From Thermoflexia bacterium (GTDB taxonomy: Bacteria > Chloroflexota > Anaerolineae > B4-G1 > SLSP01): DNA of 64,000 nt. The first letter of the stretch is position 1. Every line of letters begins with the position of its first letter. The stretch covers positions 3,090 to 67,089 of the forward strand of contig DUEJ01000001.1 of the NCBI GenBank assembly GCA_011192175.1. The letters are read 5' to 3'. The notes under the pieces are model-generated. The model searched no databases. It was given only the letters and a program-made list of their open reading frames with translations, and had not been told where the DNA came from. The translations under genes were made by a program, and so were the position numbers. Below are positions 9,729-19,200 of this stretch, one piece after another.

Positions 9729-10745
9729 CTACTCCTCTGGGTATCCTGTGGGATTCTGTGTTTGCCATTTCCAGACATCGGCGCACATCTCGGGGAGATT
9801 CTTCTCCGCTTGCCAACCCAGCTCGCGGCTGGCTAGGGTGGGATCGGCGTAAGCCTCGGCGATATCACCGGCGCGGCGCGCCAAGATGCGATAGGGGATC
9901 TCGCGCCCGGCCACCTTTTCGAAGGCCCGCAGCACTTCCAGCACGCTGTACCCGCGCCCCGTGCCCAAGTTGTAGGTCACGATGCCGGGATTTTCCGCTA
10001 ACTTCGCCAACGCCTGCAGATGGCCTTGCGCCAAATCTACCACATGGATGTAATCGCGCACGCCGGTGCCATCTCTGGTAGAATAATCGTCGCCAAAGAC
10101 ACGGAGATAGTCCAGCTTCCCGACGGCGACTTGGGCGATGTAAGGCACCAAATTATTGGGGATGCCGGTGGGGTCTTCGCCTATCCGCCCGCTGGGATGC
10201 GCGCCTACCGGGTTGAAGTAACGCAGCAGCGCGATGTTCCACGCTGCATCCGCGCGGTAGAGAGCGCGCAAAATTTCTTCGATCATCAACTTGGAGTGTC
10301 CGTAGGGGTTGGTAGCCGAGAGCGGGAAATCTTCGCGGATGGGCACGCTCTGGGGATCGCCGTAAACGGTGCAGGAGGAGCTGAAGACGAGGTCTTTAAC
10401 GTTGTGTGCGCGCATCACCTCGCAGAGAATCAAAGTGCCGGTGACGTTGTTATGGAAGTAGCGTAACGGTTGTGCAACGGATTCCCCAACCGCCTTTAGC
10501 CCGGCAAAGTGGATCACGGCGTCGATGCCGGTTCCCGCGAAGACGGCGTTCAAGGCTTCCTGGTCGCGCAGATCCACCTGGTGAAATTCCACCGGCTTAC
10601 CCGTCAGCTCCTCCACTCTGCGCAGCGCTTCCGCTTTGCTGTTGACGAGGTTATCCACGACGCTGATCTCATAGCCGGCCTCTAATAATTCCACGCAGGT
10701 ATGACTTCCGATGTAGCCGGCCCCGCCGGTGACTAGAATTTTCAT
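9729..10745 (-). CDS. galE: UDP-glucose 4-epimerase
   Basis: [15 protein letters not shown] Rossmann motif. The YxxxK SDR catalytic region (NPYGHSK) is present. Length is 338 aa. Confidence 0.9.
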   Translation of the reverse strand: MKILVTGGAGYIGSHTCVELLEAGYEISVVDNLVNSKAEALRRVEELTGKPVEFHQVDLRDQEALNAVFAGTGIDAVIHFAGLKAVGESVAQPLRYFHNNVTGTLILCEVMRAHNVKDLVFSSSCTVYGDPQSVPIREDFPLSATNPYGHSKLMIEEILRALYRADAAWNIALLRYFNPVGAHPSGRIGEDPTGIPNNLVPYIAQVAVGKLDYLRVFGDDYSTRDGTGVRDYIHVVDLAQGHLQALAKLAENPGIVTYNLGTGRGYSVLEVLRAFEKVAGREIPYRILARRAGDIAEAYADPTLASRELGWQAEKNLPEMCADVWKWQTQNPTGYPEE

Positions 10746-10852
10746 AGTTTCTCCCTCTGGTGTTTAGCAATAGTTGATTATCAAGTTACTACTCGACTAG
10801 CCCCAGGTAGAACATAGCCAGATACCCTCCAGGACGCAGATAAATGTCAGTC

Positions 10853-10908
10853 AGCCTGGCGACTGAAGTCGCGGCTACCCTCGCGAAGTCCACCTACGGG
10901 GACTAGTG
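10853..10908. repeat. 55-bp double-hairpin intergenic repeat, copy 2
   Basis: Same orientation and nearly identical to 7487..7542. Together the two copies bracket the kinase-NTase-galE operon. Confidence 0.8.
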
Positions 10909-11019
10909 AGCAGTCGGCGGATGGTAGCCCCCTGCTCATTTTACACTTGACAGAACACTAGCGGTTAAGTTTCAAATCTCAGTGCTCTTCCATGCCTCCG
11001 TGATGAAATCTTGGTATCT

Positions 11020-11964
11020 TCAGCGCCGGGGCGGTTGGATATCGATAGCTGCGCCCACATCGTAGGTATCGTACAGTAGGTTGATATCACCGGCGCCCGC
11101 GTAGTAGCCCTCGAAAGTACCGCTGCCGGTAAAGGTATAGCGCACCACGTAACCGCCTTGCAGGGCGACGTAGATGTCGCCGGCCCCGCTTACAGTTCCA
11201 CACTCAGCAGGCAGATTGTCGGCAGCGTAATGGTAATGTGCAGTTGCGATTCCGTTGATATTCTCCTCGCCGACGCGCGTGAAAGCGGGTACGTAAGGCA
11301 GGAAGTCTCCGACTTCGAAAGCTTGCTCCTCAAATTGAGCTGCGGCCACTTCCTCCGGCACCGGTAGCCACGGTTGATTCCCTATTTTTACCCAAGCCCG
11401 GTTGCCGATCCAGATAAATTGGAGCTGATTGGCAGGCAGATACTGCGCGTTCGGCCCTTCCGCACGCAACGTGATCTGGATGGCGGATTGCGGCGGATTG
11501 ACGTCTGCCTCGTAGCTGTACGTCCCGGCTGTTCCTTGCCCCGTAAATTGCACGCTGAGACGTTGGCGAAAGGTTCCCAGATTGCTCAATCCTCCCGCAG
11601 TGGGATCCAACGTGGCAATCATCAACTCTGGGATCTCTGCTGCGGCCAGCTCCAGGGGATCGCTGCCAGCGGGAATCTCGGTAGGAATCTCGACTGGCGC
11701 CTCTGGCGTCTCCGGTTCCACCGCGGCCGGCGCTACGGTAGGCAGCGATGGCGGAACTTCGGGGGGAGTAATGGTCGCTTCCACCTCTTCTGCGGGGGGC
11801 TGCTCCTCCAACGGGAGCGCGGTGGCGCTGGTCGCGGGAGTGCTTTCCGGGGTCTCTTCCGTCTCGGCCAGCGGGCCGTCGACGTCTACTTGACCACTCA
11901 CAGAACACGCCAAACTGCTAATCAAGAGTAAACTTATGATCGCGAAAACGATTTTGCTGCGCAT
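11020..11964 (-). CDS. secreted or lipoprotein-like protein with a Pro/Glu/Thr-rich linker, function unknown
   Basis: N-terminal signal peptide ending in SLAC. A long low-complexity P/E/T/A linker is followed by a globular C-terminal domain. Confidence 0.5.
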   Translation of the reverse strand: MRSKIVFAIISLLLISSLACSVSGQVDVDGPLAETEETPESTPATSATALPLEEQPPAEEVEATITPPEVPPSLPTVAPAAVEPETPEAPVEIPTEIPAGSDPLELAAAEIPELMIATLDPTAGGLSNLGTFRQRLSVQFTGQGTAGTYSYEADVNPPQSAIQITLRAEGPNAQYLPANQLQFIWIGNRAWVKIGNQPWLPVPEEVAAAQFEEQAFEVGDFLPYVPAFTRVGEENINGIATAHYHYAADNLPAECGTVSGAGDIYVALQGGYVVRYTFTGSGTFEGYYAGAGDINLLYDTYDVGAAIDIQPPRR

Positions 11965-12366
11965 TACAACACCTCACTAAATCTATAAATTGTATCTACT
12001 CGGCCACCTTACCAAACTCCAGAACGGACGCCAATTTACGCTAATGTTAGTAGCCTTTGGCGTTAATTCGCGTGAATTAGCGGTTAGAAAGTATCGTTAG
12101 CGAAAGGCCTAGTTATAATACTGACTCCACTGGAAAGTGGTTATTTTACCACAGCGCCACAGAGAAGGAGAGTTAAGTTTTCTAGATGTTGAGCCTAAGC
12201 ATCTGACATTTTCAAAAATAGGACGCGGATAAACGCGAATTTCCCTTTCGCTTTTAGCTGACAAAGCATTCTTTAGGGTATTTTCCGCACTTATCCGTGT
12301 CCTAACGTCTGGAACTGTCAGGTAGCTAAATGTGGTGAAATTTTTAGTAGACTCCCAGTCACTCGC

Positions 12367-12735
12367 TCAAGTAAAATATGAATTTACTCGCTGAATTAGG
12401 GTCAACGCTCTGACTGGTTTGGAGAGATAATCGTCACAGCCCGCCGCCAAAAATCGTTCGCGGTCCCCCACCATGGCAGACGCGGTTAAGGCGATTACCG
12501 GGATATTCTGGTAAGCCTCTGAGGCCTTGAGTCGCCCTACGATCTCAAGGCCATCTATACCAGGTAAGCTGATATCTAATAAGACCAGATCAGGAACCAC
12601 ATCTTTGATCATCTGTAAGCCCCCCAAACCATCTTCCGCTTCGTAGATTTGGTACCCCTGCGTGAGCAAGATTTTACGGACAATGCGGCGATTGTGGTAA
12701 TTATCCTCCACGTGGACAATGATGCGATTGTTCAT
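12367..12735 (-). CDS. single-domain response regulator (CheY-like receiver)
   Basis: DLVLLDISLPGIDG and a conserved Lys region. The gene lies 9 bp downstream of the TS-REC-REC gene. Confidence 0.8.
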   Translation of the reverse strand: MNNRIIVHVEDNYHNRRIVRKILLTQGYQIYEAEDGLGGLQMIKDVVPDLVLLDISLPGIDGLEIVGRLKASEAYQNIPVIALTASAMVGDRERFLAAGCDDYLSKPVRALTLIQRVNSYFT

Positions 12736-12744
12736 ATTCGTGAT

Positions 12745-14835
12745 TTACTCCAACAATAAATCTTCGACATAAGTCAGCAGCGCGGCGCGATTCAAAGTGC
12801 TCTTGGGCCAGACGGAATCCACCTGTGCGGATAAGAATTTTTTCTCTGCGATGGTCAACTCTTTGCCCGTGACCACCAATATGAGGAGATCAGCGCCAGC
12901 TGGCTGCGATTGTAGATCTTCGAGGAATTCTAATCCAGTTATATCGGGAAGAACTAAATCTAGCACCACCAACGCCGGCGGATTTTTCTTAATGGCCGCC
13001 CAGGCGTCATTGGCCGAATAGACTTCGGTGACAGCGAAACGCGGTTGAGATTCAAAAAGGCGCCCCATCAATCGCGCCTCCCAGACATTATCCTCGATTA
13101 CCAATATATGTTTATAGTCCCCTACGCCAAAAGACTTGACCAGTTTTTCGTGTTCTTTCAGCGGCGCTTGGTCAAGTAACCGGGCCAATTCATCAGGCTG
13201 GGCGCCTAAGATTCCCGTCACATGTCGGGCCAACTCCCGCGTACTGAAACTGCCTTTCTGCCAGACCGAATCAGTATAACGTTGTAGGTAGGCTTCCTCT
13301 TGCAACGTCAACGATTTTGCAGAGATGACGACAACCGGAATATCTTGGGTGCGTTCATCTGTTTTGAGCTCCGCGAGGATAGAGAACCCATCCATCTCTG
13401 GCAGAGTGAGATCCAGGAGCACCAAATCCGGCTGCCGTTGCTGTACCAGAGCTAGCCCATCCATGCCGTTATAGGCTTGGAAAACGCGATAGTTTTTATA
13501 GCTCTGCAATAGACGCCGGATTAGCCGGCTATCGTGAGGGTTATCGTCAATGACCACTAACGAGGTGATCTGCTCATCTAAGCGTTCTAAAGCCGCCGCC
13601 AAGCCCTCTTTGGGGATGGCGCCTGTCGCTGGCGACGAGGGTGTTTTTAGATGCAGTAAATAGCGGTCTTCTAGGGCGTGTTTCTCGGCGGTGAAGGTAT
13701 GCCCGGAGCAGTTGACCACCACACATTCCCCAGCCTGGATGTATCCCCGCGCGAGCAGCTTCTCCAGACCGGCAAAGGCGACGCTGGCCGCCGGCTCCAT
13801 GGAGATGCCTTCGGTGCGCGCTACCCAGCGCATGGCTCGAAAAGCCTCGCCATCACTTACCGAGACCATCGCGCCGCCATACTGATCCGCTGCGCGCTTG
13901 AGGATCTTGTAAGCCATCCCTGGCGCTCCGGTAGCCAGCACGGTGATTAAACTATCTGGCTGCACAGGCATAGCTGCGTCCAGATTCTGCTCCCACGCTT
14001 GCACCATCGGCGAACAACCGGCGGTCTGCACCACGCCGATCTTGGGAATACGATCAATGATCCCGGCCGCGTACAGCTCGGTAAACCCTTTGAGCACGCC
14101 CAAAGGCCCAATCCCGCCGGAGACGGCTTGTAAATACCAATCAGGGGCACGCCAACCTAGTTGCTCCACGATCTCGAAGGCGATGGTTTTCATGCTCTCT
14201 TTACAAGGAATGGCCTTGGCCCCGCGTTCTAGCGCCAGGTTATGCCGGGCGGCGAAGTCCGCGGCCACTTGTTTGGCTTGATCATAAGTGCCAGAGACTT
14301 TGATCACTTCAATGCCATAGAGCGCCAGCTCCCGCATTTTTTCTACGGGCACGCTGCTGGAGAGGAAAACCCAGAGTTTGATGCCCGCTCTCACCGTATA
14401 AGCCGCGTAGGCCGCCGCAGCGTTGCCGGTGGAAGCCATTACCACCTCAGCGATTCCCTGGTCATAGAGCGCGCTCACGGCAAAGGTCGCCTGCCGATCT
14501 TTGAAGGAGCCGGTCGGTTGTTGCCGCTCATCCTTGATCCAGATGCTGTCGTGCTGGAGCTCCCGTTCCAACCCGACGGCGCGCGTCAAAGGCGTCCAAC
14601 CTTCACCCAAAGTGAAGATATGGAAATCAGCTGGAAAAGGGAGTAATTCCCGATAACGCCAGAGCGTAGCCGGCCTTGTTTTGACCAGCGCCGGCCAATC
14701 AGCCGGCAGGGCCGCGAGATCATAAACTGCATCCATCCACCCCCCGCCGCATTCTGGACAGCTGGCGATGTCAGGATCGGGTGCCATCTCGTGACCACAG
14801 GCTAGACAACGGACTGCTTTCAGTAGAGTTCTCAT
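12745..14835 (-). CDS. threonine-synthase-like fold-type-II PLP enzyme with an N-terminal zinc ribbon, fused to two C-terminal receiver (REC) domains
   Basis: N-terminal CxxC...CPxCG ribbon. PLP-lysine motif GSFKDR. A glycine-rich loop (SGGIGPLG) is present. Two REC cassettes follow (LVVIDDNPHD...DLVLLDLTLPEMDG and ILVIEDNVWE...LVVLDLVLPDITG). Confidence 0.8.
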   Translation of the reverse strand: MRTLLKAVRCLACGHEMAPDPDIASCPECGGGWMDAVYDLAALPADWPALVKTRPATLWRYRELLPFPADFHIFTLGEGWTPLTRAVGLERELQHDSIWIKDERQQPTGSFKDRQATFAVSALYDQGIAEVVMASTGNAAAAYAAYTVRAGIKLWVFLSSSVPVEKMRELALYGIEVIKVSGTYDQAKQVAADFAARHNLALERGAKAIPCKESMKTIAFEIVEQLGWRAPDWYLQAVSGGIGPLGVLKGFTELYAAGIIDRIPKIGVVQTAGCSPMVQAWEQNLDAAMPVQPDSLITVLATGAPGMAYKILKRAADQYGGAMVSVSDGEAFRAMRWVARTEGISMEPAASVAFAGLEKLLARGYIQAGECVVVNCSGHTFTAEKHALEDRYLLHLKTPSSPATGAIPKEGLAAALERLDEQITSLVVIDDNPHDSRLIRRLLQSYKNYRVFQAYNGMDGLALVQQRQPDLVLLDLTLPEMDGFSILAELKTDERTQDIPVVVISAKSLTLQEEAYLQRYTDSVWQKGSFSTRELARHVTGILGAQPDELARLLDQAPLKEHEKLVKSFGVGDYKHILVIEDNVWEARLMGRLFESQPRFAVTEVYSANDAWAAIKKNPPALVVLDLVLPDITGLEFLEDLQSQPAGADLLILVVTGKELTIAEKKFLSAQVDSVWPKSTLNRAALLTYVEDLLLE

Positions 14836-14854
14836 AGTTGGCTTCCCTGAAAAA

Positions 14855-15015
14855 AATTATCTTGCCGCCAAGACGCTAAGAAAATTCTATTTCCTGAAGG
14901 TTGATTTTCAAATCTTTGCGTCTTAGCGGTGAAATTCTTGGTTTTTGCAACAGACTCAAGTTTCAAATCTTGGTGATCTCTGGGCCTCTGCGATGAAGTT
15001 CTTACCTGGCGCTTC
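14855..15015. repeat. dispersed composite intergenic repeat family (copy B)
   Basis: Shares the gacgctaagaaaa...aatctttgcgtcttagcggtgaaat...tttttgcaacagactcaagtttcaaatct motifs with the copies at 1085-1275, 36290-36545 and 62095-62230. Confidence 0.7.
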
Positions 15016-15029
15016 CTCCATCAAATTTT

Positions 15030-16091
15030 TTACTCAATGCTCAACACGCTATAAGCTGTGATCGGATGGCTGAACCCCTTGTAATGGAACGGTGCAAGAG
15101 CGGCGGTCTCTATCTGCCCTTGTAGGTAGAGATTGGTCTCTTCATCAATCAATATCTGCCCCACAGAGGCATGTTCTTGCAAGCGTTTGGCTAAATTGGG
15201 GATGTTTCCGATGACCGTGTAATCCATGAATTGGTTGGTGCCCACATTTCCAACAATGGCTTCCCCCGTGCAGAGGCCAATGCCCAGCCCTAGTTCATGA
15301 AGCTCCGGGTACTCAGTTCTCAGGGCGGCGAAACTCTTTTGCATCATCCAGGCTGAGTGTACCGCGTTTTTGACACTATCCGCACTGGCGAGCGGAGCGC
15401 CGTAAAGGGCCATGATAGCATCCCCCAGATATTTATCTAGGGTGCCCTGATACGTAAAAACCAGCGGGGTTAAATACCCAAAAATCTTATTTAATATCAG
15501 AATAACCTCTCTGGCCTTCCTGCTCTCCGAAAACGGGGTAAAACCTCGAATATCAGCGAAAAGGACACTGACAACGCCCACTTCCCCGCCCAGTTTTAGA
15601 CGTTGTTCTGGATCATCTATGATCTGCAAGGCTACTTCTTTGGAAATATAACGCATCAAGATGCGTTCCAACAGGGCATTCTTAGCTTCTACTTCATCAT
15701 GGAGTTTTTTGATACGGAGCAGGGAACGAACACGCGCTAATAATTCCACGGCATGAAAGGGTTTGGTGAGGAAATCATCGGCCCCGGCTTCTAAGCCTCT
15801 GACCTTATCTTGTAACTCATGTAACGCGGTGAGCATCAAGATGGGGCAAAAGCAGTTTCCTGGGTCGGCGCGCAGCGTGCGCGCTACTTCGAATCCCGTC
15901 ATGCTCGGCATCATCGCATCTAATAGAATCAGATCAGGAGCTGTACGGTTCACTTTTTCCAACGCCTCAGGGCCAGAAAAGGCAGCGATAACCTCGTATC
16001 CTTCTCCGCGCAAGAGCGATTGCACCATCTCATTGCTCTGTCTATTATCATCAACCACCAAGACACGGGAAACATCACCTGAAGAACTCAT
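15030..16091 (-). CDS. response regulator with a class III adenylate/guanylate cyclase (CHD) output domain
   Basis: N-terminal REC (VLVVDDN...DLILLDAMMP). C-terminal cyclase motifs VLFADIRGFT, KYLGDAIMALYGAP and GIGLCTGEAIVGNVG. The start is placed at the ATG with RBS aggaaaagg. Confidence 0.85.
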   Translation of the reverse strand: MSSSGDVSRVLVVDDNRQSNEMVQSLLRGEGYEVIAAFSGPEALEKVNRTAPDLILLDAMMPSMTGFEVARTLRADPGNCFCPILMLTALHELQDKVRGLEAGADDFLTKPFHAVELLARVRSLLRIKKLHDEVEAKNALLERILMRYISKEVALQIIDDPEQRLKLGGEVGVVSVLFADIRGFTPFSESRKAREVILILNKIFGYLTPLVFTYQGTLDKYLGDAIMALYGAPLASADSVKNAVHSAWMMQKSFAALRTEYPELHELGLGIGLCTGEAIVGNVGTNQFMDYTVIGNIPNLAKRLQEHASVGQILIDEETNLYLQGQIETAALAPFHYKGFSHPITAYSVLSIE

Positions 16092-16235
16092 ATACACCTT
16101 TTCCTGTCTCAAGTCAAAAGTCGAAGGTCGCAAATTGGAGGGCGCTACTCAAACTACCGGCCTCGGCTGGTTGCTCTCATCAGACGCCCTCAGTCAGCGA
16201 CTTGAGACGGGTCCCAGCACAGCGGCAGGGAGGCT

Positions 16236-16288
16236 CTTCCTCGCTCCTCTCGCTTTCTCGCCTTCTCGCCCTCTCGCTTTCTCGCCTA
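16236..16288. repeat. CTCGC(T/C)TTCTCGCC tandem octamer/24-mer repeat array (copy 1 of 3)
   Basis: Array cctcgctcctctcgctttctcgccttctcgccctctcgctttctcgcc sits between the sensor-kinase stop and the REC-cyclase start. It is the same family as the arrays at 50619-50667 and 52583-52688. Confidence 0.8.
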
Positions 16289-19200
16289 TGTTTCCAGCGG
16301 TAGCCACACTGTGAAAGTGCTTCCTGCTCCCAATGCACTCTCAACTTCAATCCGGCCGCTGTGCATTTGAATCAACTGTTTGGTGATCGAAAGCCCCAAA
16401 CCGGTGCCCTCCACCTGCCGCGTGCTGGAACCATCTGCCTGACGGAAGCGGTCGAAGATTTTAACTTGATCTGCTGCGCTGATACCAATTCCCGTATCTT
16501 CAACAGCAATGCAGAGCCAGCGACGGCTTTGCTGGTAAGCTCTTACTTTCACGTACCCCGTTTCGGTGAATTTCTCAGAGTTACCCACCAGGTTATTGAG
16601 GATTTGATGTAAGCGCACGCGGTCGGCCCGAATAAGCGGCAGGTCATCTTCTATCTCTATCAGAAACTCGACCGGGCTGGTAGCAAAGAGGCTAGCGTTG
16701 CTGGTTTCTAAATCTGCTAGAACCTGGGCCACGTTCACATTCTCTGCCAGATTTAAGGTCATCTGTCTGGCCTCGATCTTAGCCAGATCCAGGATATCGT
16801 TGATCATGTTCAGTAGGTGTTGCCCATTTTCGTAGATGGCTTGTACATCTTTGAGCGTCTCATCGTCCAGGGAGCCATCTATGCCCATCATCATGATTTC
16901 GGCATAACCGATGATGGAGTTGAGCGGGGTGCGCAGTTCATGGCTCATATTGGCTAAGAACTCGCTCTTGAGACGATCCACCTCCCGCAAGCGCTCGGTG
17001 GTCTGCCGGAGCTCCTCTACAAAGTCAGCGTTCTGCAGCGCGGTGGCGAGTTGTCCCGCCAGCGTGCTAAAGACGTCCAGGTCGGCCTGGGTAAAGTAGT
17101 TGACTTGATCGTGCTGCACATCAAAGACGCCCAACACCTGCTCGCCGGCCACCAATGGCACGGCCACCTCTGATTTAGTATCCGGAAGCAATGGGTTAGG
17201 CATAAAGCGGGGATTGGTCGTCACGTCGTCTACCACCACGATTTCCCTGTTCCGCGCGGCCTGCGCTACCAAACTGGCGGGGTGCGCCAACGGGATGTTA
17301 TGGCCCACTGCTAACATCTTCGCGCCAGGTTCGCCGTACCCGGCCCGTAGTTTGAGCGTTTCCTCTTCTAGGGTGTAAACATGAGCGTAGTAGAGATTAA
17401 AGCGCTCCTTGAGTAGCGGGATCACCGTATTTAACAACTTGTCTGGATCTAAAATCTCGCTCACCTGTCCGGCGATGTCGGCGGCAGTGCGCAGTTGGCG
17501 GGTAAAGCGCTCGCGCTCGGCTTCTGCTTCCTTGCGCTCAGTGATGTCGCGGACGGTGCCGATTAAACCCACCAGTTGACCAGCTTCGTTCTTGATAATC
17601 GTAGTGGTCATTAAAGTGGGGAAGGTCTGGCCATCTCTGGTAACATGTCCAACCTCACCCTGGTGTGAACCCTGCGCCATCGCTTGCTCGTTGAAAGCAA
17701 CCACCTCTTCTTCTAACTGTTCGGCAGTGTGGAAAATGCTCAGGGGTTTGCCCATCAATGTAGTTGGATTATCATAGCCGTGCATCTTGGCCCAGGCGGA
17801 GTTGACAAATAAGATATTGCCTTCCAAATCGATGAGGGCGATGCCATCGCCTACCTGCTCCACGGCACTATTTAACCGCAACAAGTCTTCCTCTCTCGCC
17901 TTGCGCTCAGTAATATCACGGACCATCACCACCATGTGCGTGGGAGTCTCGGTGGCATCGCGGATCATAAAGACGGTGGCGTTGGCCTCAAACACCGTGC
18001 CATCATCTAACCGTTTTTGGAATACATCACCCTGCCAACCCGTAGCCAGGGTTTGGGGTAATACCGTCTCCGCCAGATAGGGCAGATCTTCTTCCCGCCA
18101 GAACTCGGTGCCTAGATGGGTAGTCATTTCGATGTCCCCGTAGAGCTCGCGGGCTGCGGGATTGGCGTACAGTACTTGATTATCTCCGGGATCTACCATC
18201 ACGATCGCATCGTTAGAGGTCTCCGCCATGGTTTGGAAAATCAGGATTTGCTTTTCCGCCCGCTGTTGCGCCTCGAAGGCTTGCGCGTTCTGCAACGCGG
18301 TGGCGAGCTGCCCAGCCAGAATGAGGTAGGTATCCACATCTTTCTCGGCAAAGCGTCCCAACTGATCATCTTGCAGATCCATCACCCCCAGCACCTCGCC
18401 GCCGGCGATCAGCGGCACGGCCAGCTCGGAGCGGGTCTGCGGGAGCAGGGGATTAGGCATGAAATCAGAATCCAACGTGGTATCTGTCACCAATGCCGGC
18501 GCCTGTCCTCGCGCGGCGCGCGCCACCAGGCTCTTCTCGCGTTCCAGGGGGATTTGATGTCCACGCTCGCACAGTACCCGCCCGACCTCCCCGGAGCCGG
18601 CTTGTACTACCAACTGGCGGGTCTCTTTATTCAAGAGGTAAATATGGGCATGATAGAGTCCAAAACGGCTCCGTAGCAACTCCACTACCTGTTGTAAGAG
18701 TTCTTCGGTATCTAGGATAGTACCGATCCGGCGCGCGATCTCGGCTACAGTGCGGAGTTGCGTGGTGAAAACAGTTAAGGATTCTTGTTGCTCGGTAATG
18801 CGTTCCAATAGCTCACTGTTTTCCAGGAGGAAAGAGACTTGATCAACCATCGCTTGGAAGAGCTCTACCGTATGAGAGGTAAAACGTCCCGGCGAGCGGG
18901 CTTGCGCGTCCAGCACTCCGAGTGCCTCGTCCCCGACTCTCAGCGGCACCACCAACTCTGACCGTGTCTCGGGAAGCAAGGGGTTGGGCATAAAGTTGGG
19001 GGCGGTGCTCGTGTCGTCCACCAGCACCGGCTCCCCGGTGTGAATGGCTTTTGTTACCAGTGACGTAGCCTCTAACGGGATCTGGTGTTTTTTCTGGAGC
19101 AACTGCCGCCCGGCGTAACCGGTGGATTGGCGCAGCACCGCCGCGTCCCGTTCCTTGTCTACGAGATAGATTTGGACGTGGTAGAGGTCAAACTGGTCAC

